64,000 nt of DNA, taken from assembly GCA_048013815.1 (NCBI GenBank), contig CM106585.1:8804001-8868000 (forward strand). Reading direction: 5' to 3'. The stretch comes from Setoptus koraiensis (lineage: Eukaryota > Animalia > Arthropoda). Shown here one piece after another: positions 11,779 to 25,900 of this stretch; the first letter of the stretch is position 1; every line of letters begins with the position of its first letter. A program made the translations under genes and the position numbers. The notes under the pieces are model-generated. The model saw only the letters and a list, made by a program, of their open reading frames with translations, was not told the DNA's origin and searched no databases.

Positions 11779-11849
11779 ACTGATCGCAATATATTATCAC
11801 AATGCGCTAAAGATTAATAACAATAGTGTTTCATCCAGGAATCGAATGG

Positions 11850-12275
11850 TCAATATAGTGTCGGAAAATTAATGATGTAGATAAAAAGTACAGTAAAGTG
11901 TATCTAAACGTCGCGAGTCTCTAAATGTCGCTTCATATGGTTTCTCGCTTATTTTCGCCGATGATTTGTACTTTTATGTGCGCCAAATTCGATTCCACGT
12001 GGTTCAACAATAGTTTTGTTCTCTCAAGATGCGTGTTCTGGTGATGACTTGACAAAAATTCGATAATATTCCAAGATGTTTTCCTCAGATCTCATTGTTG
12101 TTCCACGATGCGTTCGTCCAGGAGGCGAAATCTAAGCTTGGGCGAGAAGGAGAAAATTATTAATATGTCTGAAAATCACACATCAAGAATATTAGCATCA
12201 AAGTTGACTCAGCAGGTACATCGAATGTGCGCTCAATATAGTGTCGGAAAATTAATGATGTAGATAAAAAGTACA
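11850..12275. repeat. 43-bp perfect direct repeat (11850-11892 and 12233-12275) flanking a 340-bp segment
   Basis: TCAATATAGTGTCGGAAAATTAATGATGTAGATAAAAAGTACA occurs twice; ATCGAATG lies just upstream of both copies. Confidence 0.9.
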
Positions 12276-12435
12276 CAAAAGTCTGATGGTTTGTTGTGTG
12301 TTGATGTCAGCTATCATGTGTTTTCAACAACAGGCGGATGGTTGTCATTGTAGCAAATTTTCATTTTCATGCGTTCTGATCGCCTGACATGTGCGGAACT
12401 TTATGCATTAATTATGAAATCTGCCCTCGAGGTAG

Positions 12436-12712
12436 TGATCGGGGGAGGTATTCTTTTCGCCTCCCACCTCCCGCACTAAGGCGGGAGGAGACAGACTCGT
12501 CGCTAAATGAGATCATTGGGAATACGTGATAAATAGTCAATTCGACGCAAACTTTATTGTAAAAGTTTTTTCAATAAAAAGTATTAGATTCAAGTAGCTG
12601 CATCGTTGCAAAGGAAAGCTGGAGATATGAGATTATCTGGGAACGAGATCTCTTCGCGCTAGAAAAGTGGGAGGTCACCCCCCGCGGGAGGACCGCTGAC
12701 CTCCCCCGATCA
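12436..12712. repeat. 277-bp element with 14-bp terminal inverted repeats and internal GC hairpins (MITE-like or origin-like)
   Basis: TGATCGGGGGAGGT (12436-12449) pairs with ACCTCCCCCGATCA (12699-12712). Hairpins at 12467-12488 (8-bp stem) and 12669-12705 (9-bp stem); AT-rich core. Confidence 0.7.
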
Positions 12713-12749
12713 ATAACTGCCTTCAGCGTAAATGAATGAAAAGTGATAA

Positions 12750-14675
12750 AAGGATGTGAGGAGGCGCTCTCTTCTCACTAGTCAGTTCCAATATCCCATC
12801 GCCTGTTTGCAACGGGGATCCTCCTGACGACTAATGAAAACCAACTATGCACTTTCTCTATGATTCTATGTGATCCAATTGATATCCAAAATCATGTATC
12901 TGTACTTCATCTATCAAGTTGTCTTTCTTCAGCATGTATCAAGCGACCCAAGGCTGTTTGAGAGTTAATTGAAGGCAGATCAAGTAAAATGGCTGAAGCA
13001 ACCATTTCAGCAGCTTCTACTCCATCCAACATTCTATTTTGCGGGTTACAGTAGAATTCGTTCGAATGCGACCAAGGATATGTTCCATTTTCGGGGTATT
13101 CCGGGCGAAAATCGCGTTCATAAAAAAAAGTTCGCCGAAAAATCGTGATCACGGCCAGATCACTAAAATCAAATGACGCTTCTATGAATCTAGATGGAAC
13201 TATTCGAAATTAGATAGCCATTGCCGTCAAGCGATAACATATTAAAAGGTCCTGTTTATGAACTCTGGATAGCTTAATTGTTACCTTTCAATTTTCGGCA
13301 AATCTTAAGTCTCAATTTTGTAAGGCCTATCTCAATATTTTCGTATCTCCGGAACCAGAATTTTCCTTACTTTCGGGTTGCTGAATTCATGATATGGGGC
13401 TGTAAGAGGCCAGTGTTAGAATTCTCATCTAAATCTGGGTGGAAACTTAATCGCTACATCATCCCTATCTAGTTACTCATCACGTTCATCAAGAGTGTCT
13501 TAAGTCCCTTGGGGTATGCTAGATATCAGAATACTAAGAAAATGAAGGATTGAAGGATTTCCCAATACAATAAGAACCTATGTTTGGGTGCTTGTTATCA
13601 AGATGAGCTAATGACGGATGTCGAAACAAGATTTGAGTTATTTTTCGTCGTGAAGCAAAGACAAAGGCTGATGTGTTAAGTTCTTATATTGAGTGGAGCA
13701 ATCTCTAGATTGTATCCCGATGATAAAATCAAACACCGGTTCATCTAGTTCATCACGTTATATCATCATGGTGAGTACAAATTGATTATGGATAAACTAA
13801 TGATGTACTTAGTGATATCCTGATGATTGCAGCCTAGTAACAGCTATCAGATTACATTTGATAACTTGAGATGAGTACGGGTTATCCGCATCAGTTTATC
13901 TAGAGATAAGATAAAACTCATAATAACATGTGTGAGTTGTCGCTTGTTTATGTTGCTATAAAATAGCCCTCAATCTAAATATTAAAATTGATCTACATTG
14001 TATTTTAACTCTCAATGAATTTCGGTCTCTTTTCATAACGGACATAGCTAATTGGAGACAATTCAAATTGTTTATTGTTGTCGAGACTGTATGAGAAATA
14101 CATTAATCGATGGATTGATCTATTAGCCAATCAGACATTGGAAAAATACTGGAGCTGGTTCGTGTGAATATCGGGCGGAACTTAGATACGAAGCAGATTC
14201 GAGTTGGCAAAACTGCTTAAGCAGCAATGGCCGATGAAAGATTGCCATTACTGGGCGCAGGTTAGTTAATGAAAATTATATGGATTCAGTTTGTGCAAAA
14301 GAATGAGGTATCACGATAAGATCGGCCCCACATCAGACGTTCTAATCAATAACTTGTCATTCAAACTACTTATAACTGGTAGATCTACAACAATCGACCT
14401 CAATACCAACACAACAACTTATTATTCAACCAATCGAATTTAATATTCGCCATAGGAACTTCTATGGCTATTCGGGATTGTTGGCCGCTATATTGTTACT
14501 GATCAATTATTTGTTAATTGATCGAAGAATTTGCCATTTTGGTCCTGGGTTGGATTTTGATCTTCTTCAAAGTTTCCATTTGTCTGTATTGATATTAGCA
14601 CTGATGGTATTCGTTTTAAGCTACTTTGATTGTGCTAAATTATTTGTTTATTATTTGAGATTAAATTATATATAA
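12750..14675. pseudogene. Frameshifted/interrupted coding-like fragments, unassigned (degraded genes or uncorrected read)
   Basis: Short protein-like frames broken by stops and indels. Minus strand: SRFIEASFDFSDLAVITIF...LDGVEAAEMVASAILLDLPS (12907-13190), HPDLDENSNTGLLQPH. Plus strand: MADERLPLLG (~14227) and a hydrophobic frame at 14376-14675. No family recognised. Confidence 0.35.
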
Positions 14676-17600
14676 TTATTTGGTAAAATTATTGATAATG
14701 AAATATGTTATTAATAAATTTTTATTTGAAATAATATGTATTAATTTTTGAACTCTAATTTAATAGACTATTTTAATATGATGTAAAATTTGAAATTGAT
14801 GATATGTCATAAAATGTTTTGAATTAAGAATATGAATTTGATAATGTATGTGGATATTTGTTATTTGTAATGATATGGTTTATATTAAAAATATTGTGCT
14901 TATGAGACTAATTAATGATACTATATAGGTATTTTGATATAATGTACTTTGAAAATTTTTTTTGTTTGAATTTTATAAATTAAATGAATTATAATGGTGA
15001 TGTTGTATAAACAATTTATTTGTATTGTTTATGTTATTATTTATTTGGAATTTATTGATGAAATTTTTAATGTGTAATATATATGTCCTATTATCATGTC
15101 TGTTATATGTGTTGAAATGAAAAATCTATGATCTGTATATTAATTTAATATTTGACTTTAATTTGATTATTATATAAATTTATGTTGTTATTAAATAAAA
15201 TTCGTAAATTTATATAATTTATAATGTGGTTAATAATATTGTTGCATAAATTTATTATAATTATGAATAATTATTATTAAAAATTTGAAATTATAAATTT
15301 ATGGTGATGATATGAAAATGAATAATTTTATTTTGGTTGGTGAAGGATATATTTATTGTATTATAATTGGTGTTATATTGGTTCGATAATAAGTTATTTT
15401 TATGTTATAAAAATTAAAATGGATGTTTTGTTGAATATTTTTATGTGTTTATGATTGGTATCTTTATAATTATAATAAATTATAGTCTATAAATGAAGTT
15501 GGACTATTGATTGTTTGTTGATGTTACTGTATAAAATAAAATGGAATTATTTTTTTTATATTGGGTTTTTTTAATAAAAATAAAATTCTAATATGATTGA
15601 GTAAATGTTGTTGATTATGTTATGGTAATGCAAATGTTTATGATTATATAGAATTTTATGTTTATGATGCTGTTTGGAAATACAAATGTTTTTGTTGTTT
15701 ATAGGATGTTAATTTTATTTATATAAAATATGGATTTGATTTTGTAATTGACTATATTAGTGGATTGGTATGGAAAATATGTAATATGTTGATTTAATTA
15801 TTATTATATTATATTGAGAATAAAATAAATGAATTTTTTGTATTGTTATCTTAGTATGTACGTACTGATTATTTGAATATGATGATTAATGTGAAAATAT
15901 AGATGTTATTGGTTATGTATATTAAAAAAATATATGATTTATATGTTTTTGATTTAACATATTATGTAATGATTTTGGATATGTGATTCTATTTTAATAT
16001 GTTTGATTATGTTATATTATGTTAATGTTGGTATATTTTATGTTATTATGTAAAATTTGATATTTGGATTTATTTGCTTAGATAAATTTCATATTGAATT
16101 GTATAATTGGTTTATATCGACTTGTTATAATTGATGATGGTAGATGTAATATTTTAGTATGTATGTATATGGTAAATTGGTGCTTAATGTTGTTTAATGT
16201 TTGTTTATGTATGATGGTTTGATAATATGTTGGATTTTTTGTATAATGATTGTATTGAAAATTGAAATATATTTGTTTTTTTTTGTATAAAAAATGCTAT
16301 TTAATAACAATTGATGTGAATGAATGTGAATTTACTTATTTTATAATATGTCATGTATGAAATGTTATGAAAATTGAATTTATACTAAATAAGAAATGAT
16401 ATATGGTTGATTTTAATTTTTATTGAATGACCTAAAATTAGTATGGTGCTTTTTGTAATATTATGAATGGTATGGGAAAATCATGATAATAATTAATAAG
16501 ATCTTTGGTATATGTGAAAATTATTCATTCAATATAATGTATTTCTACTATATGTGGTAATTGTATATAATGATATGATATTGGATGTATGATGTATATG
16601 GATTGATGTACTTTGTGAAATATTTGTTATGGTTATAATATTTTTTGAATAAATTGATAGTCTATATGATAAATTGTTGTGTTTTATAAATTTTTTAAAT
16701 ATATATGTGTATTTAAGTCTATTTTGGTATGTTTTGGATAATTTATGTTATGAATATATGTAATATAAATTGAAATGAAGTTGTTATATGTTAATGTTGT
16801 ATTATATAATTTTGGTAATTAATTGAATTATGTTGATTATATGATAAAATGTTAATAATTACATGACTTTTGTCTGCTAAGATGCTTAGTGATAATGTAT
16901 CTGATTATGATGATTAATATGTAATGTGAATAAATTTTTGTAGATGATAGATAAATATTTTAACTGTATTTTAAAATTGCTATGAAAATTGATATTTATG
17001 GTGAATTTAACTAAAAAAAATAAATGAATGGGAATTACATTTTGTGTAATGTTAATGTTGTGAAATGTTTGGAATTATTGATTAAATTGAAATATATAGT
17101 GATGATTTTTATTATGTTGTTTACTATTTTTTTATTTATTAAAAATATTTTCAAATAAATTAAATTAATGATAAATTAATATTTAAATTATCTTAAAAAA
17201 TGCTAATGTATATATTTAGATTTGATTTTTATGTTAATGTTATATAGAATACTGTGAGTTAATGATTTTTTGTATATGTTATTTGGTATTATATTGAATA
17301 TTATGTATGCTATTATATGTATTTGTAATTTGAAGAATTATTTATATGTATTCCTATGATTTGTATTCTATACTTATATTGATGTATTAAATATGTTTAA
17401 TTTATTGTGATAAATAATAATGATATAATAATATGGGGTAATATGTGTGAAGATGTGTTTTTTTATATAATGTTTAAATATATGTTTCTAATTTGTTTAT
17501 TTATAATAAAATGGTATACATTTGGTTAAAAGGATAATATTTGTAATTTTGTGTCATTGTTTAGTAATTAATAAATATTATAATGATTATTTATGTTATT

Positions 17601-19915
17601 TTGGATATGTATTAATTTAATGTTTATTTATGATAGATGAAATTTGTTTTGTGAATAAAGGTGTTTAATTAGAATTTTTATTTTATTTTATTTATTATAT
17701 AAATAATAATTTATTTATGATATATATATGTTGAATAAAATTATAATAATAGTTATATTATATTTATATTGAATTTTTTATTTTGCCTAATTAATTGATT
17801 TGTGTAAAATGGTTATATGTGTGTTGGTTCGGTATATGATGATAGAATATTGACTTTATTTGTATGTATTTGAAATGATATAATTTGAATATTGTAATGG
17901 TATTAGGATTTAATAAATGAAAATCATGGAATAATTCAATTTTTTTAATTTTATAGATTGATAAAATATGTTATATGATATATGTATGAGTTGTATGACT
18001 AAATGAATATATTATGAAAAATAAATATTAGAAATATAACTATTTTAACTTTTTGATTAAATATATTTTATATTTTGAATATTGTGATAGGAAATTGAAA
18101 TAATGACTATTATGGCCCTTATGATGTTCTTGTGATGAGATAATTTTGTTATTTTATTAATTATTATATAATTTTTATTTCAATAAATGTGAAATATTGT
18201 AGTTAATTTTTAAATATGTTGTTATAATGTGTATTATAAATGGAAAACATAAATGTGTAATTAAAATAAAAAATTATTCAAATAGAATTGGATTTTCTTT
18301 ATTGATGGATGTTATAGTGATATTTTTTAAAATATAATGTTATTCATATATTTATTTCCTATTTGATTATTTATGCTTTGTGTGATAATTAAAAATGTTA
18401 TGTGGTTATGGATTTATTAATGTAAATTGGTATATAGTATGATTTGATTGTTAATGAATGATGAGTTTATTTTTGTGTTTATTAAAAATTAATGAAATCT
18501 TGTTGGTTGAATTTTATTTGGATTGATTTGTGGTATATATTATGTTGTTTGTATGTATTTTGTTGTGATTAAATTAGATATTATTAATTTATAGTATTAT
18601 TTATATCTGTTGTGTGCTAAATGTTTAATATATTTTTATGAGTTATATAATTTATGATTGATTAAAATATATTATTTAATTGTAGAATTTATGTTTATTT
18701 GGATGTGTAATTAATAATTACTGATATGATGGTTATTTGTTTTTAGTGTAAAATATGTTATAGTATTGTTGGTTTTGGATTGATTGGATGTATGGGAATA
18801 AGTGTATGTAGAATGATATAAATTAATGTTTTTTTAATTTTGTTAATGGAATGTGTAAAAAATTATATTGTGGTGATATTTATTTTGATTGGTACCATGT
18901 GAATTTGTATATTTGTAATTTAATGACTGATCTAATTTGATGTTATAATTGTTATGTGTTATATGGTTGGTATGATTTTATGTTAATTATATATAATGAA
19001 TGTTATGAATGGTATTCTAACATTAATATGTTGTGGTTAATTATTTTAATATGTTATTTATTATATATATTTAATATAATGATTATTGTTGAATTGTATG
19101 GTATTATGTTAAAGTTGTAATCGGATTAATATTAATTGTTATTGTTGGATTATATTTTATTTTAAATAAGATTTTGTATGTGGATATTAGTTAATATGTT
19201 ATAATTATATTGATATATATTTAATGTTGATATATATATTTTGTTGTTTTACGATTAAATATTGTGTTGTGTGATATAAATGGGGTATTTGTTGTGTATT
19301 TATTGTATTTAATGAATTGTTTAAATTTGATTGTTGATTTTCTATATAATTCTATTTGGTATTATTTGTTTTAATGATAGTTTTTAGGGATTGTTGATTT
19401 ATAAAAATTAATGTATGTCCTTTGATGTTTTGTTTTATTGTTTTATTGTATAATAATTGTTAAATAAAGGTAAATGTTGTATGTTAATATGGTATTAATT
19501 TATTAAAATATTATTATGTCATAATTGAATAATTTAAAATGGTTATATTTGGATTGATGTAAAGAAATGCAAAATTCATATATTTAAAAATTGAAATGTA
19601 AATGTGTGATATTATATGTGTGGTGTTAATATGTAATGTTTGATTTGATTATTGTATGATATATATATTATGTTAATTTATATGTTATTATAATAATTTT
19701 ATAATTGATTACATTGTAGGAATGATTTGTATGTGATGTTATGGATGTGGCATGTGTAATTGTTTTTCATAAAAATAAATTGTTCTATTATAATTTTTTT
19801 TAAATGATATTATTTGGTATTTATAGATGGATAATATACTAATTTATTGGTAAGAAATATTATATTATATATGAAATGTAAATGATAATAAATTAATTTG
19901 TATTGAAATGAAATG

Positions 19916-19951
<36 letters not shown>

Positions 19952-22900
19952 TATGTGAAATAATAAACTTGGTAATGTAATAATATTATTAATGTATATA
20001 TATTGAATTGATTAATATGTATGTTTAATTGGTCCTATTTTTAATATATAGATTATTTTATGAAATGAAAATTTTGATGTATTATTTGAATTATGCATAT
20101 TATAAATAATGTTTTGCTGTGGTTGATAAATGAGAAATATATTGATTTTTTAAGTTAACTTAATTTATGAGATATATGTTACTAATATTATTTATGAAAA
20201 TTTATGAATGATATTAAATATGTGTATATGTTCTAATGTACTTGTTTTCAAAATTTTTGTCTAATTATATTGGATGTAATTGTTACATGTATAAAAATGT
20301 GAATGGAATTTTGATATTGTATATATAATGATAATGAATATTGTGATCTTTTATTATTGAATGGATTTTAAATATAATGATACTATTTATTTTGTACAAA
20401 TTATGAATGATATTTGAAATAATTTGGTTTTAATTAGTAATGATTTATCGAAAACGTTTTATGGAATAATAATTGATGATTGATGTATTTTATATTTGTC
20501 ATTTTAATATTGATATGTACATTATGACTAGTGTTTTATGGAATATTTAATTTAATTGTATTTGATATGTTGATATATGTATTTGTATATTTGAAAATTG
20601 ATGATATTTTGTAATATGTCTAGAAATGAATAATAATTAATGGAATTAAATTTAATGTAAATTATGATTTTTGGAATTAATATTAGTATTGGGTTGTGGT
20701 ATTTTGAAAAATAATATAATTTTTATTTTATACTATTTAATGTTATTATATAATGGATTATGTATGATGTAATAAAATTTTGTTGTTTTAATGGATAATT
20801 ATATAGTATTTATAATTGATTAAATTTATTAATGGGGGGGTTTGGTATATGAATGGTATTTTTGTGTATTGTATGTTTAAATGGTAATTGTATAATATAG
20901 ATGTATTGGTATATACTATTTTAAATAAATTAAATATGACATTTAACTTTGTAATATTAATTTGTATGTTGGTAATTATGTATTAAAAATTGCTCAAATG
21001 TATGTGATTTTTACTTTTTGTAAAATGTAAAATGCTGATATAAATTATGTATTAAATAAATTATGATTTGTCTATTTTATTTTGAAATATGAAAATGCTA
21101 TAATATTAAATATTTTTAATGTTTTGATTGATTAACATACTTAATAAAATATGATTTATTTTTTGAATGTTATATATAATAATATTGAAATTTCTGCATT
21201 GGTTGTGATATTATGTTGTAGAAAAATTACTTTTGGTTATTATATAATTATGTGAATTGATAATGAATCTATGACCAATTAAAAATATGTTTAAATGTTT
21301 GAATGAAATATATGTATAATTGTGGTATGTGATTGTTAAATTAAAATATAGAAATTTCTTATTAAATGTACTATGATTATACTAAATCTGTGTACAATTT
21401 TTGTTATGGTATTGTGAATGTGTTGATGTTGTTACTTAATATAAATATGTTTATATTGATGTCTATATGGATTGTATAATGATTTGGTATATGTATTTGG
21501 CTTGGGGCTAAGCTATTATATGTAGAAATTTTTGTATTTATTTGGTATATATGATAATCTGGGTATATGTTGTTTATTATTATTTATAAAATAAATGATA
21601 TGATGTTATTGTATAATATAATTTTATATTGTATGTTATTTGATATTGGTTTTTGTAATGACCTATTATTATGTTATTTATAATTATGATATTTAAAAAT
21701 TAAATTATATTTTTGGTTGATCGAATTTGTAATTGTATGGTGTGGTATGAATTGCATATTATTGAAATGTTTGCTATAATAGTGTTTAATATTAAATTTT
21801 TTTATATTGTAATACTATTTGGTGTAATTGTTGATAATAAATTAATGTGGTATGTGCTATTTGTATAGTTAATTTTAAAATATTTTTATTGTTAATATGT
21901 TGGTAATTCTGATGATATAATTATATGAGGCAATATATGATATAATTTGTTATGTTTATAATAAATAAATTAAATATGATTGTAAAATGAAGAAATATTT
22001 GTTAATATGAAAAATTAAATGAATATTGTTAGGTATAATCATATATATGGTGATTGTATATGATTATTGTAAATCTTAAATAATGTGTATTGAAAATTGT
22101 AAATTATTTGTTTTCTATATTTATATGGTAAATGTGTTTGTGTACAATATATTTAAATGATTGATTTGTTGTTTAATTATGGTATTATAATTTATTTTAA
22201 AATAAATTTTGGTTTTGTATGTGTGTATGGTATATGGGGTTTATAAAATGTAATTTTTGATATGTGTGTATTGTGAAATGGAAAAATCATTAGTATTGTT
22301 GATTATTTATGTATAATATCTTTATTTTATAGAATATCTAATACTTATTACCTATTAATTAAAGTGATTTTGCAATTTGATTGATATTATTATTGCTAAT
22401 TGTTTGGTGGATGTTTGGTGTTATTATAAATTATTGGAGACTCTGTAAAAATAATGTATGAATGAATTTTTAATTGGTATATGTTGATAAATTATGGAAT
22501 GAAAAACTTTTATGTTTTATTTATTTAAGTGTTTTTAGTTATTTTATGATGTTTTTTGGAGTGATTAGGTTTTTTGGGTGTGTTGTCTATTTTGAATTGT
22601 TATGGTATGTTTGTGATTTTATATTTAAATTATGTGTTGTTATTGAAAATTTTTATGTTAAATTATCGAACTGAATAGTGATTTGTTATCTGATATGCAT
22701 TTGTATTATAGATATGACTAATTGTTAATAATGATTATTGATATGGTTGTTAATGATATATTAAATATTATGTTTGGTTTTGATTATATAAATTTATTGG
22801 AATTTAGTGATAAATATTGTGGTTAAATATTATGGTATTAATTTGATTGTTTGGTTAAATTGGTGTAATTTGAATAGATTAAGTTGGATTGAGGATTTTT

Positions 22901-25900
22901 ATTGATATGTATGTGTAAATGATGGAATTATTTAATAATGAATGTTAATTTTGTTAAATGATAGTGTGTTTATTTAAATAATGATGAAATGATTTTCTTG
23001 ATTCTGTAATATTTTATGATCGTATATTTTGTTTATTGTGTGAATTTATAATTTTGAATGAATTTTGTGCATTTAGTGTATTATTAATTGTTGTATAATG
23101 AATAGTATGTTTTGTATGGTATTAAATATTATTATAAATATTTTGTAACTAATGTTATTATGATGATGATATGAAAATTGAATTTTGTTTATTGAATTGA
23201 TGGTTAAAATCAACTTATTATGTTATAATGTTATATGTAAGTATGTACTTTTATATTAATTATATTATATAAATAATTATTATTTTAAATTTAATGATAA
23301 TCGGTAGTGTTATTTGTAATATGTATAGTAATTGTTATTATTAATTGAAAAAATTGATGTGTTTTTTTTCTTCTTAAACTTGAAAATCGATAATATAATG
23401 ATTGTTTTTTGGTATTGTTATAATGTGATATTTTTAATGATGATGTGAATGATGTTGTTGGTTTTAATAAATATTTATTATTTCTATGAAATGTAATGAT
23501 ACATATTCTGGAATTATATATGTGAAAATATGTTAAAATATGTAGTATTTTAATGAAATTGTGTTATGATATATTATTTGTTTTAAATATTTTTATGTAT
23601 ATGAAAATAAATATTTTAAAAAACTTGTGTATTTTGTGATTTGAAAAATTCGTAATTATGTTATAATATGTATTCTAAATTGGTAGATATGTGGTGATAT
23701 ACTGATTATGATTGTGTAGTTTATATATACTGTAGAAAAAGATTTTTTCATTTGTGATATAAATGCTATTGTTGATAAATTGAATGTGGAATAAAATGAT
23801 TTTATTATAATATGTTTGTAATAATGTTTTATGGTGTTATAATAAAATGAATTATGAATTTTATATGTGAGTTCCTGATATGTGATGATTATATGTTTTT
23901 AATTATATGTGTATATGGAAAATTATTATAAATTTTTAAATATGATTTATTGTATAATAAATTGTATATGTTGGTTTATATAATGGATTAATAATTTGAA
24001 TATGAATTGATCTATTATGAGGAATGGTAAAATATTGATATGTTAAAAATATTATTTGTGAAATATTATAATGTATAATAAAATATTGGAAATATGAATG
24101 TTATGTATATATGACTATTTTGTTCATATTATGTTGTAAATGGATATTATAATTGATATTAATGGTATGACAATATCTAATTGATTGATATTATATTTGT
24201 ATGGTAATTTTTATGTATATTATTTTGTTATTGTTATGTTGGTATATGAATAGACCTATATTTAAAAATATGTTTGATGTGTTATAATTGTATATAATAT
24301 GTATGATCGTAGAATAAATTGATATGTGATTGAATGATATATTTGATGTGTATATAATTGAATGGTATGTGTTATTGAAAATAATTTTTATGAATATGTA
24401 TTTTATTTTTATTTAAATGGATTGTTGTTCTAGTATTTAATGTATTATGATTATGAGTTTAATTTTTTATTTATATTTCTTGCCCTATTGTGTTATAACA
24501 TGATGAATGTATGTGATATTATTAATAATATGTTATATTGTAATTGTTAATATTTTTGATTTAATATATATTTATAATTGATTTTTGAATATTATTTATA
24601 TTATTAAATTGAATTGTATATGATTGTTAGTTATTTTTTTATTTTATTTGTGTTGTTTATTATAAACTATATTAATTTAATGTTGTTTATTATATTTGAT
24701 TTGATTTTTTATGTAATTTTAAAATTATGAATTATATTATAATATTTTAAATGAGATGATTATGAAATAAGTATTTAATAATGAATGAATATAATTTGAA
24801 AATATGTTGTGAAAAAATAAATTTCTAGTATGTAATAGTGTCATTTCAGATAATTTTTTAATATATTTTGGCGATGATGAATGTAATAATGTTGATTATA
24901 TGAAAATGTATTATATGTGATTATTTATGAATTTATGAATATGAAAATGCTAATATTATGCTTGATAAATAAATGATGATTGTAAAATTTGTGTGTTATA
25001 ATAAATGATCATGATTGTGTGCAATGTTGTTTTAAAATTTTAATATTAATGTTTATGCTGTTGATATATATAGAATGTGGAATGGAATGTTAACTATAAT
25101 TGAATTAATAACATATATATGTTATATACCTGAATATATTAAATGTAAATATTATATAAATGATTGGCCTGCATCTGTATATAAATTAATGAATGTGAAT
25201 GGTGAATATATTTATATGTTTTTTTACATATGTTAATTATGAATTGGATAATATATGATTTTGTTATAAAAAATGTTTTGATTGTTTTATATGATTAATT
25301 GTTGGTGTATGAATATGTGGTGTAATGTTGTGTATATAATGATGTTTAAAAATAATAATGAATTGATTGGTATTAATTTGTAATTGATGGTAATAAAATT
25401 TTTAATCAGTAAATGATGGTTAATATTATGATTGATATGAATTGCTTTATTGTTATATATTTATTATAATATATTGATGTGTTTATGATGTTTATAAAAT
25501 GATGAAAATTGATATTGAATAATTGTTAATTGATGTTGTGGTATTTTGATTTATTTGTATTGGTGATTTGAATATGATTTATTAAAATCTATAAAATTTG
25601 TATGAATATTGAAAATGTGATAATTTATATGTATGGTTATTTATTAATAAATTTATGGTATTTTTTTTATTGTATTAATTATTATGATATATTACTGTTC
25701 TATGGTAAATGTCATGATGTTTGTTTATGTGTTGATGTGTTGATGGGTTATTATATGAATTTTTTGTGAATTTGATAATTATATTAACATATGTTGTTTT
25801 CTTTAAATGTTATATATATTTAATATGAACTGTGTATTTTTTATTGTGTAGTAGTGCTTTAAATATATGTTTTATGTAAAATTGATAATTAATATTTCTG

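Noticed and set aside
12508-12530. TGAGATCATTGGGAATACGTGAT resembles mature bantam miRNA
   Set aside because: Only the first 11 nt match well and there is no complementary star arm upstream to form a pre-miRNA hairpin.
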